Shown here piece by piece: positions 1 to 7,267 of a stretch of DNA of 46,335 nucleotides. The stretch is from a phage. The notes under the pieces were generated by a model. It saw only the letters and a program-made list of their open reading frames with translations. It had not been told where the DNA came from and searched no databases. Position numbers and translations under genes: made by a program. The DNA lies in NCBI GenBank assembly GCA_033697325.1, contig GCA_033697325.1_4854.1, one strand, 5' to 3'. The stretch's first letter is position 1. Every line of letters starts with the position of its first letter.

Positions 1-792
1 GGTAATGAGAACACAGCTTTCGGTGAATACGCATTACGCGGAGGAAATTCCAGCCTACCTACGGGAACATCCATTCAGTATTCCGTCGCTGTAGGAGCTA
101 AAGCCGGTTTCAACGCGTTAGGTAATAATAATACAGCCATAGGTTACGAGGCACTATATTCTGCATCAGGATCTGATAATGTTGGTATTGGATTCGATGC
201 AGGGTTTAAAGTAACGGCTGGAGCTTTCAATGTATTTTTAGGTTCTAATTCTGGTAACGTGTCAGAGCAGGCTACAGATGTGACAAACTGCGTCCTTCTC
301 GGAGATAATACAAAATCAACCGGAAGTAACGCAGTAGCTATCGGTAGTGGGGTAACCGCGGCGCAAAACACGGTCGCAATCGGCAACAGCAGTCACACAG
401 ACATTTTCCAGTACGGAAATATAAAGCCGCAAATAGATAACACCTTTAGTATAGGAAGTTCTTCGGCAAGGTACTCACAAGTTTACGCGACTAACGGCAC
501 CATTAATACCTCTGACGAGCGGTTAAAAACCCCACTCGATTTCGACCTGTTAGACGCTGAAAAAAGAGCCGCCGTTGAGATAAAAAAACATATCGGTAAA
601 TTCAGGTGGCTAGACTCTGGCGGCAGTAAAATGCATTTTGGTGTTGGCGCTCAGACAGTTATTAGCATCTTACTTAAACATGAATTAAATCCTGAAGAGT
701 ATGGTTTCGTAATCCACGAAAAGTGGGACGCTGGTGATGGATACGGCATCAACTACGGCGAGCTGGCTATGTTTATATTAATGGCGATTTAA
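1..792 (+). CDS. Tail fiber protein, C-terminal part (5' end lies outside window), with C-terminal intramolecular chaperone (peptidase S74-like) domain
   Basis: Frame 1 is open from position 1 to stop at 790-792. Gly/Asn/Thr/Ala-rich repeats (GNxNTAxG) typical of fibers. TSDERLK motif at 508-528 followed by about 90 aa resembles the auto-cleaving chaperone domain of endosialidase and T5 pb1-type fibers. Confidence 0.75.
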   Translation, partial: GNENTAFGEYALRGGNSSLPTGTSIQYSVAVGAKAGFNALGNNNTAIGYEALYSASGSDNVGIGFDAGFKVTAGAFNVFLGSNSGNVSEQATDVTNCVLLGDNTKSTGSNAVAIGSGVTAAQNTVAIGNSSHTDIFQYGNIKPQIDNTFSIGSSSARYSQVYATNGTINTSDERLKTPLDFDLLDAEKRAAVEIKKHIGKFRWLDSGGSKMHFGVGAQTVISILLKHELNPEEYGFVIHEKWDAGDGYGINYGELAMFILMAI

Positions 793-793
793 A

Positions 794-813
794 AACCCTG
801 CCGAAACAGGGTT
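794..813. terminator. Hairpin directly after tail fiber stop; T-run is on the minus strand, so probably terminates leftward transcripts
   Basis: aaccctg-ccgaaa-cagggtt stem-loop; the reverse complement is followed by ttttaaat. Confidence 0.4.
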
Positions 814-1028
814 AATCATCCTGATAATAACGTGCATCGTAATTGATGCACGTTAAACCTACCTGATAGTTATTATCCCTTCCTGACGGTTCCATACTCT
901 GAACAAGCATTGCTACAAGTCAGTTGGTAGTTGTTTCTTTGCTAGGAATTTTAGTTAAGAAGCCATCAGCATTACAGTCTCTTGGGACGACAATATTTGT
1001 TTCAGGAACTTATGCACCAGAATTTCGA

Positions 1029-1060
1029 AACCCCACCCGCTTCGGTGGGGTTAGTTTTAT
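1029..1060. terminator. Putative bidirectional intrinsic terminator
   Basis: ccccacc-cgcttc-ggtgggg hairpin followed by ttagtttta on the plus strand. Confidence 0.45.
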
Positions 1061-1062
1061 CA

Positions 1063-1200
1063 TCAGAAGGGGATGTCGCCGTCGAAGTCCATCGGAGGCT
1101 CATTGCCTCCTTGTGGGCTTTGTTGTTTTGGCGGCTGCTGCTTTTGTTGGTTTATTCCCCATCCACCTTGTGGTTGCTGGCCTGATTGCTGGCGTGGTGG
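1063..1200 (-). pseudogene. SSB C-terminal tail coding remnant (45 codons ending MDFDGDIPF) in frame immediately after the VRR-NUC stop codon
   Basis: Minus-strand translation read codon by codon from 1200 to 1066 gives PPRQQSGQQPQGGWGINQQKQQPPKQQSPQGGNEPPMDFDGDIPF, then TGA at 1063-1065. Closely resembles the E. coli SSB linker and acidic tip. Confidence 0.45.
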
Positions 1201-1656
1201 TTAAAAGCCATCAAATATCAATGGTTCTGATGGTTTGCTATGGTTTGGATAATTCATTGCTCGCCAGTCGTTAAATGCCATCATTGCCGCTTCCCAGCCG
1301 AGACAAACACAAGCGAATGAACCTAATCCTTTTGCTGTCTTAAGGTATGCCATTTGTCCAGGCTGCCATTTTGATAAAGTATGATCCATTCTTTTCATCT
1401 CCATAACGAATGATTGCTTTCCGCTAATAATGATGTCTGACGCCCCGAAGTTTAGCGCGCCTTTTTTCTTCAGGTTTTCAACTTCATACCCTTTACGCTT
1501 TCCTTCATTTGGTACATGAATCATAACTCTTGCAAAGTCAGGGTATAGCTTCCTTATCTGATTAACAAAAGTCTCCAGTTCAGCGTCTTCTGACGGGCAC
1601 TTTTTGTTTCTGTAATCTAAATTTCCATATACCTTAACGCCTTCTGGAAAAATCAT
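1201..1656 (-). CDS. VRR-NUC domain nuclease (PD-(D/E)xK family)
   Basis: Motifs VPNEG..., GASDIII, FVMEMKR, LSKWQ match VRR-NUC. ATG at 1656-1654 overlaps the helicase stop (ATGA coupling). Confidence 0.65.
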   Translation of the reverse strand: MIFPEGVKVYGNLDYRNKKCPSEDAELETFVNQIRKLYPDFARVMIHVPNEGKRKGYEVENLKKKGALNFGASDIIISGKQSFVMEMKRMDHTLSKWQPGQMAYLKTAKGLGSFACVCLGWEAAMMAFNDWRAMNYPNHSKPSEPLIFDGF

Positions 1657-4565
1657 AATACCCCCCAATACATGCCTTTAACGTTGAAATATTTACTACC
1701 CTTATCTCTTCTGAACATAATCACTGATGGCGCGACAGCCTCATCTCTTTTAGATATTGCATCATCAATTGACATGTTATGTTCACCAAAGCACTTCTCA
1801 CAAAATTCTTCCCACTCCTTCTTCATCCATTCCTTTTCAGAGTTTGGATTGTAGAACTTGCTAACAAAAAATGGCTTCTGGTCAATAGCAAATTTTACGT
1901 GCACCAAATCTTCACCACTTGAAACGTAATGCTTCATGATGTTCATCATGGTTACGCTTGATTGCTTGGTTGCATAAGGAGACGAATCAAGCCTGTCAGC
2001 TTCTTCCTTTAGCTTTTGGTTGGGGTCAATGATTTCAGCGCCGCATGATGTGCAGTTTCTTGCCGCTATATCATTTTCAAATCCACAATCAGGACACTCT
2101 TTCACCGACCACTTATAAGTACACCTGTGCATTTCCCTTAATGGCCCGTGCATAACGTAGTTTTTACATCTTCTGCCAAAATGAGCAGGCATAGGTTTGC
2201 TTCCAATTTTTTCACCTGACTTATCAAAAATATCAATCATCACCCTGTCACCAGCCAAATCAAGCCAGTAGCCTTCTTTGTCAACTTCCAGATTTTCCGG
2301 ATTTGGGCGCGCGCCAAATTCATTGATAAAGCCACACAACGGGCATTTTACATCCATTGGTACTGATGGTTTTTTCCTTGTTGCCTTTATTTCTGGGGTA
2401 AACAAGTCTCCAGTTTCTGAAAAGTGACGTTGAATATTTCCGGCGTAATCGCTGACAAGAAAGTCTTCCTTTCCCTCATAAAGACGCGTCCCTCTGCCAA
2501 TTATTTGCTGGTAGAGTCTTGGTGACTCTGTTGCTCTCATTACTGCTATATGATCACAATGAGGAACATCCACCCCTACAGTAAGGATATTCTGATTAAC
2601 GATGTATTTAACTTTTTGTGCCTTGAAGTCTGATATTGCCTTGTTGCGATCTGCTGTTGGCATATCACCAAAAACATAACTATAAGAACCGGGAGGAAGT
2701 GACTCCATTATCTCCATAGCGTGTTTCTTGGTACTGGCAAAAATCATCGTTCCGCGCCGATTAACAGAGCGACGGATAATATCTTCAACAATTCGTGATG
2801 TTTTCCTTCCCTTGCCAACCATCGCCTTTTCAACTGAAGCTGTTGTATACCGACCCAACTTATCCTTTTCAAGACAAGACGTATCATATTCTTCAAAAAC
2901 AGGCTCTGTAACTGGTGGCGTAAGATATCCATTTTCAATGAGGAATTTAGCCTCAAGCTCATAAACAACCTTATCATAATATGGGTCAATGGCAGTTTCT
3001 TCATCCGTAGGGCCATCGAGGTAGTGCTCTTTGTAGATGTATCCAGTTCCAAGGCGGTAAGGAGTGGCGGTCATTCCAATAACACGCAGTTTTTGATTGC
3101 GACGCTTCATTTCATTAATAATAAATTTTATGGTTGGCGTGATACCATCGCACTCGTCAATAATGACAGCACCATACTTATCACCAAACATCTCTATTGA
3201 GTTCTTTATTGTAACTGGTGAACCAAACACCACAGGATGACGCAGGTTTTTGGGGCCAGCCTTTGCACTGAACATGCTGGCTGGTTCTCCTGTTAGAGAA
3301 AGATAACGCTGCCTGTTTTGCACAACTAACTCACTTGTTGGGGCAACACACAAAACGCGCTTGCCAGTATTTTTAAAAACCCAATCGGCGATTGATGCAA
3401 CAACAACGCTTTTTCCGCTGTTATGGTGAATCGTGAAATCGCTGGTCAAATACAGATGGTCCCCATCTAAAGTAAATCCATAGAAATCATCTTCTGGTAA
3501 CTCCTCCACCTTAAAACCAGTACAGAGAACATCTTTTTTTTGCTTTCTCTCTTGTGCCACCTTGTAATCAATAAGCGGTTTAAGCATATCGATATCACCA
3601 CTGATACTTACTCTGTACTTTTTGGATACAAAAACACCGTCAAGAGTCGCGTCTCCTACGCCAATATACGCAGCCAGACCTAGTGATCTCGCAACAAACG
3701 CAATATCATCAGCAAGACGACCGGATACAGTGGTTATTTCGTAATAGTTATTGCCAAGATACCCATCAGTATCAACCAAGCCGGAGAGCAGCTCTATACG
3801 CTGTTCTTTTGACGCTATTTTGTAGCACTCAGGTATAAACACAGTGTAAGAGTTTGTGTATTGCAAACCAAGTTTTTTCACTTCATTAAGAATAGCGTTG
3901 CTTTTGTGTTTTCCTCTACCATTTGTTGCCATAAGATTGTGTGTATTTGTGCCATTTTTAACAGAGTCATTAACACAACAACCAAATGACTCTGACACGC
4001 TTTTGAAGTAGTTTATTAGTACATCCTCAGTTCCTGAAAATGTAACGCTACCGTTAGCTGTGGAACCGTCACCAAGAATCATCCCAACAAAACGCGCAGG
4101 TAAAGCCTGTTTAGCCTCTGGGAAGATAACACCTGTTCTGCATAGCTTATGTATATGCTTATGCCATTTTGCTGAACTTTCGTACTCAGCGACAGTTTCG
4201 TCGATGTACGACACCTCTTGAGATGGATATTTATTCACCTGCTTTTGCTTTACTCTCTTGAGATGAAGAATGTGATTCTTGTTAACAACAAAAGAATCAC
4301 CTTTAACTGGTGTAATTTTTCTCATCTCTTCTCGCCCACGGCACAGAGCAAGCACATTTCGTGGCTTGCTGTCCGGGCCCATTAATCTATCTCCGACTGT
4401 AACATCTTCAACGCTCTTGACGCTTCCATCAAACATAATGACTTTCGTTCCTTTGGCGTGACACCCTGTAGGCAAGATGATCATGCACGATGAAACGCTT
4501 GAACGAATATGACCTATAACAGAATCAACAGCTTCTTGTTGGTATGTTCTAAGCTGTACTTTCAT
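1653..4565 (-). CDS. SF2 (DEAD/DEAH-like) DNA helicase, interrupted by an intein; C-terminal zinc-ribbon region
   Basis: Motif I LPTG|SGKS is split by the intein. DExD-like VIIDECDG and MTATPYR motifs. C-terminal CPLCG...CPDCG...CTSCG. Start chosen at ATG 4565-4563, preceded by SD gagagga. Confidence 0.85.
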   Translation of the reverse strand: MKVQLRTYQQEAVDSVIGHIRSSVSSCMIILPTGCHAKGTKVIMFDGSVKSVEDVTVGDRLMGPDSKPRNVLALCRGREEMRKITPVKGDSFVVNKNHILHLKRVKQKQVNKYPSQEVSYIDETVAEYESSAKWHKHIHKLCRTGVIFPEAKQALPARFVGMILGDGSTANGSVTFSGTEDVLINYFKSVSESFGCCVNDSVKNGTNTHNLMATNGRGKHKSNAILNEVKKLGLQYTNSYTVFIPECYKIASKEQRIELLSGLVDTDGYLGNNYYEITTVSGRLADDIAFVARSLGLAAYIGVGDATLDGVFVSKKYRVSISGDIDMLKPLIDYKVAQERKQKKDVLCTGFKVEELPEDDFYGFTLDGDHLYLTSDFTIHHNSGKSVVVASIADWVFKNTGKRVLCVAPTSELVVQNRQRYLSLTGEPASMFSAKAGPKNLRHPVVFGSPVTIKNSIEMFGDKYGAVIIDECDGITPTIKFIINEMKRRNQKLRVIGMTATPYRLGTGYIYKEHYLDGPTDEETAIDPYYDKVVYELEAKFLIENGYLTPPVTEPVFEEYDTSCLEKDKLGRYTTASVEKAMVGKGRKTSRIVEDIIRRSVNRRGTMIFASTKKHAMEIMESLPPGSYSYVFGDMPTADRNKAISDFKAQKVKYIVNQNILTVGVDVPHCDHIAVMRATESPRLYQQIIGRGTRLYEGKEDFLVSDYAGNIQRHFSETGDLFTPEIKATRKKPSVPMDVKCPLCGFINEFGARPNPENLEVDKEGYWLDLAGDRVMIDIFDKSGEKIGSKPMPAHFGRRCKNYVMHGPLREMHRCTYKWSVKECPDCGFENDIAARNCTSCGAEIIDPNQKLKEEADRLDSSPYATKQSSVTMMNIMKHYVSSGEDLVHVKFAIDQKPFFVSKFYNPNSEKEWMKKEWEEFCEKCFGEHNMSIDDAISKRDEAVAPSVIMFRRDKGSKYFNVKGMYWGVL
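3420..4463 (-). mobile_element. Intein (348 aa) with LAGLIDADG homing endonuclease domain inserted in helicase P-loop
   Basis: Begins with Cys right after LPTG and ends ...TIHHN followed by Ser of SGKS. Two LAGLIDADG-like motifs (VGMILGDGS and LSGLVDTDGYL). Confidence 0.8.
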
Positions 4566-4579
4566 AGTGTCCTCTCGAA

Positions 4580-4602
4580 TAAAAAGGGCCACGAATGGCC
4601 CT
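4580..4602 (-). terminator. Intrinsic terminator/attenuator-like hairpin between SSB-like gene and helicase
   Basis: Minus strand agggcc-attcgt-ggccct followed by ttttt, immediately upstream of the helicase SD. Confidence 0.35.
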
Positions 4603-4618
4603 GTCATTCCAATCTAAA

Positions 4619-5140
4619 TTAAAACGGCACATCATCACTAAAGTCCATAGGCGGCTCGTTAGACGGTGCAGATTGCTTAGGAGCAGGTGCTGCTTTTGTC
4701 TGTTGACGACTGAAAACGCCAGCCACATAGTTACCAGTTTTTTGCTTATCCTCAGACTCCCAAACGCGCAGAAGAAGAATCATTGGGCGATTTGCAAGCG
4801 CACTGGCAATGGCAAAATCAGTCGGCTCTTTCCCTGATGCCATCAGCTTACCACCAGCGTTTGCGTCAATTGCTGCAAGCATAGTGATAGCATTGTCGCG
4901 CTGCTTTTCTTTCGAGCTAAATACTTTCAGCTTCTGGAAGATGATGCGATTTTTATACTCACCCTCAAGGATTCGCCACTTAAGATTGAAGAATCGCTCA
5001 CCTTCCCACTGATCGTCTTTACACTCTTCAACGGCAGCAAGAACACGGCTGCCATCAGGAATTACTTCGAAACCACCACCCAGCTCAAATTCAGATTTAG
5101 ATTCAACAGCTTTACCGTCAGAAAGATTCCAGAAACCCAT
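4619..5140 (-). CDS. Putative ssDNA-binding protein with SSB-type acidic C-terminal tip (…NEPPMDFSDDVPF); fold not a canonical SSB by eye
   Basis: C-terminus APSNEPPMDFSDDVPF resembles the E. coli SSB tail. Sits next to Sak4 and Gp157-like genes. ATG at 5140 with SD gagagga. Confidence 0.55.
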   Translation of the reverse strand: MGFWNLSDGKAVESKSEFELGGGFEVIPDGSRVLAAVEECKDDQWEGERFFNLKWRILEGEYKNRIIFQKLKVFSSKEKQRDNAITMLAAIDANAGGKLMASGKEPTDFAIASALANRPMILLLRVWESEDKQKTGNYVAGVFSRQQTKAAPAPKQSAPSNEPPMDFSDDVPF

Positions 5141-5157
5141 TTTTGTGTCCTCTCGAT

Positions 5158-5637
5158 TTATTTGATGATCAGTTTTGGTTTGCCGTCGGTGATGGCACAA
5201 CCCTTAATTTCAATCCCGGCCTTTATCGCATTTTTAATTGCTGCGTTATCTGCCGACACTTTCACAACTCGGTACTGCTCAGGAAGCTGCTCAACAGGAA
5301 CAAACACATCAAGAACTGGTGACGGTTTGCCAAGAGTGATACTGAACAATTTACCTTTGATATTTGTCTTTCCTGACGCCATCATGTTTTGACGAAGATA
5401 ATCTTTAAGGTTATCTATCTTCGCAACTAAAACACGCTTACGCTCAGAAAGACGGTCAATCTCGGATTTAAGTCCAGCTTCATCAGCTTCAAGCTCACGA
5501 ATGTAAGCAGCAACCATTTCAGCCTTTCCTTCAAACTCCTCTTCAATAAGATTGATGGTATCTTCAATCTGCTCCCGTGGAATATCCTCCATCGCCAGCA
5601 GTTCATTAAGCTGTTTGGTTATCTCGTATAGATGCAT
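5158..5637 (-). CDS. Gp157-like phage protein (Sak4-associated)
   Basis: Coiled-coil N-terminus and overall resemblance to the siphovirus Gp157 family. Position between Sak4 and the SSB-like gene. Start uncertain (ATG 5637 or GTG 5652). Confidence 0.5.
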   Translation of the reverse strand: MHLYEITKQLNELLAMEDIPREQIEDTINLIEEEFEGKAEMVAAYIRELEADEAGLKSEIDRLSERKRVLVAKIDNLKDYLRQNMMASGKTNIKGKLFSITLGKPSPVLDVFVPVEQLPEQYRVVKVSADNAAIKNAIKAGIEIKGCAITDGKPKLIIK

Positions 5638-6448
5638 AATATTTAATCTCACTCAAAAGTGGGTTCTCACCTTTTTCAAAAGGAATTTCAGGTTCAAGGT
5701 TGTATCTGTTTTTAGCATTAACATACCCAATACGACCATCACCAGAGGTGATAAGAACTCGCTGACCAGTCTGAACAACCTTTCCAAACTTGGTTACCTG
5801 CCCTTTCTTATCAGTCTCAGTCCCTTTCACAAACTCCTCATTCCTGATGTAAATTACAGCATCACTAAGATTTACATAACCAGAAACAGAAGCATCATGC
5901 ATGTCAAGTGTGTAAACTGTGTATTCATCAGCATCAGGGCGATTCTTCATCTTTTTAACACCTGCGTGTGCAAGATAAATGATGCTCATCCCTTTTTCTT
6001 TGCGAAGATACTTACATGCATTTATTATTTCAGCGTGCATTTCAGAAACAACAATATATCCTTTGTTGTAACCACCAGCAGCAGAACCAACGTTGTCAAC
6101 ACCGTAATTTTCACAAACCTCATGCTCAAACATTGAATGCAGGCTTGTGATTGAGTCAATTACAAGCGTTTTGTAATTATGTTCCTCAGTAATTAATGCG
6201 CGTAGCTGTGACAGCAAGTCATCTTTTGTGCTTGTTTTTCGTTTAGCATCAGCGCGCTTCAGAACAGGAAATGAGTCAGGTTTCTTTTCATCATCCCAGT
6301 CGTCAAAAACACCAGTTATCTCTTCTGCCTGAATAAAAACTGGGCTTGGAAACAGCGCCGCAAGTGTTGTTTTGCCTACACCTGGAGTACCAACCAATGT
6401 TATGATTGGTGCTGCTGGTTTTGGTTTTTGAATCATTGATAAGCTCAT
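5606..6448 (-). CDS. Sak4-like RecA-type ATPase (ssDNA annealing / recombination)
   Basis: Walker A LVGTPGVGKTT near the N-terminus, RecA-like core, length about 280 aa. SD gagagga before ATG 6448. Confidence 0.7.
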   Translation of the reverse strand: MSLSMIQKPKPAAPIITLVGTPGVGKTTLAALFPSPVFIQAEEITGVFDDWDDEKKPDSFPVLKRADAKRKTSTKDDLLSQLRALITEEHNYKTLVIDSITSLHSMFEHEVCENYGVDNVGSAAGGYNKGYIVVSEMHAEIINACKYLRKEKGMSIIYLAHAGVKKMKNRPDADEYTVYTLDMHDASVSGYVNLSDAVIYIRNEEFVKGTETDKKGQVTKFGKVVQTGQRVLITSGDGRIGYVNAKNRYNLEPEIPFEKGENPLLSEIKYYASIRDNQTA

Positions 6449-6524
6449 AGTGTCCTCTCGATTTAACTCAGCATATCGCTGGTGTAACTTAAAGATACGT
6501 CAACGTGATGGTAAACGCAATACC

Positions 6525-6553
6525 TTGACGAAAATTTTTTTTGAGTTCATTAT
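6525..6553 (+). promoter_or_regulatory. Putative sigma70-like promoter for Cro-like gene
   Basis: TTGACG, 17-nt spacer, CATTAT. Confidence 0.35.
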
Positions 6554-6582
6554 TGCTGCATACAGATAGCAGAGGTAAACAC

Positions 6583-6825
6583 ATGAAAAGCATCGCAGAA
6601 CAGATAAGAGAAATGGAACAGACGAAGCTGTCAGAGCTGATTGATTATGTTGGAGGGCAATCACAACTGGCAAGGTTTCTTGGTGTGTCAAAACAGGCTG
6701 TTAATCAGTGGGTGTCAAGAGGAAGAATTAGCGCTACAGCAGCAATTGATGCCGATAAACTTACTGGTGGAGTTTTCAGAAAGGAAGATTTAAGGCCAGC
6801 CGTTACAAAATGGATTGTTAAATAA
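6583..6825 (+). CDS. Cro/CI-type helix-turn-helix transcriptional regulator
   Basis: HTH segment QSQLARFLGVSKQAVNQW. SD agaggtaa before ATG 6583. Own terminator downstream. Embedded on the opposite strand within the leftward replication operon. Confidence 0.65.
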   Translation: MKSIAEQIREMEQTKLSELIDYVGGQSQLARFLGVSKQAVNQWVSRGRISATAAIDADKLTGGVFRKEDLRPAVTKWIVK

Positions 6826-6828
6826 TAA

Positions 6829-6852
6829 AGCCCGCGTTTGCGGGCTTTTTGT
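6829..6852. terminator. Bidirectional intrinsic terminator
   Basis: agcccgc-gttt-gcgggct hairpin flanked by an A-run and a T-run. Confidence 0.7.
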
Positions 6853-6871
6853 TGTGTTTGCTGCCTCTTTG

Positions 6872-7267
6872 TTAAATCCCTTTCGAACTCAAGCTGTCTT
6901 TCTCTCTCCTGCCTCCGTACTCTTTGTTTACTTCCTCGTACGGAACGCCAAACGCCTTGCAGAAATTAAATAGTGCGTCACCTGCAAACACTTCGCTTGG
7001 ATGCCAGCTTCCTGAATGTCTTGCAACATCCCTGTATGAAGCTGTCACTATGCCGACATTGTTTTTGTATTTTATCCTGCAAAACAAAACGTCATCATCA
7101 ATACAGACTCCCATATTGCAACGGAACACAGGGAACTTCCAGTAGTAAACCTCCATCAGGTGTTTACCTGTCATCAGAGAGATTGCGTTGTGATGCCCAC
7201 CTTCAGGGTCTTCGGATTCAAAGTAATCAAACAATCCCTTCATTACGATGAACTTGTAGTTAATCAT
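6872..7267 (-). CDS. Hypothetical protein
   Basis: ORF of 131 aa. ATG overlaps primase stop (ATGA coupling). Confidence 0.5.
   Translation of the reverse strand: MINYKFIVMKGLFDYFESEDPEGGHHNAISLMTGKHLMEVYYWKFPVFRCNMGVCIDDDVLFCRIKYKNNVGIVTASYRDVARHSGSWHPSEVFAGDALFNFCKAFGVPYEEVNKEYGGRREKDSLSSKGI

Noticed and set aside
144-386. 80-aa minus-strand ORF
   Set aside because: Lies inside and antisense to the tail fiber coding region.
924-1274. Plus-strand ORFs of 116 and 67 aa
   Set aside because: Antisense to the in-frame SSB-tail remnant and nuclease 3' end; hydrophobic low-complexity translation; no SD.
2728-3052. Plus and minus ORFs inside the helicase gene
   Set aside because: Embedded out of frame in a strongly supported helicase/intein ORF.
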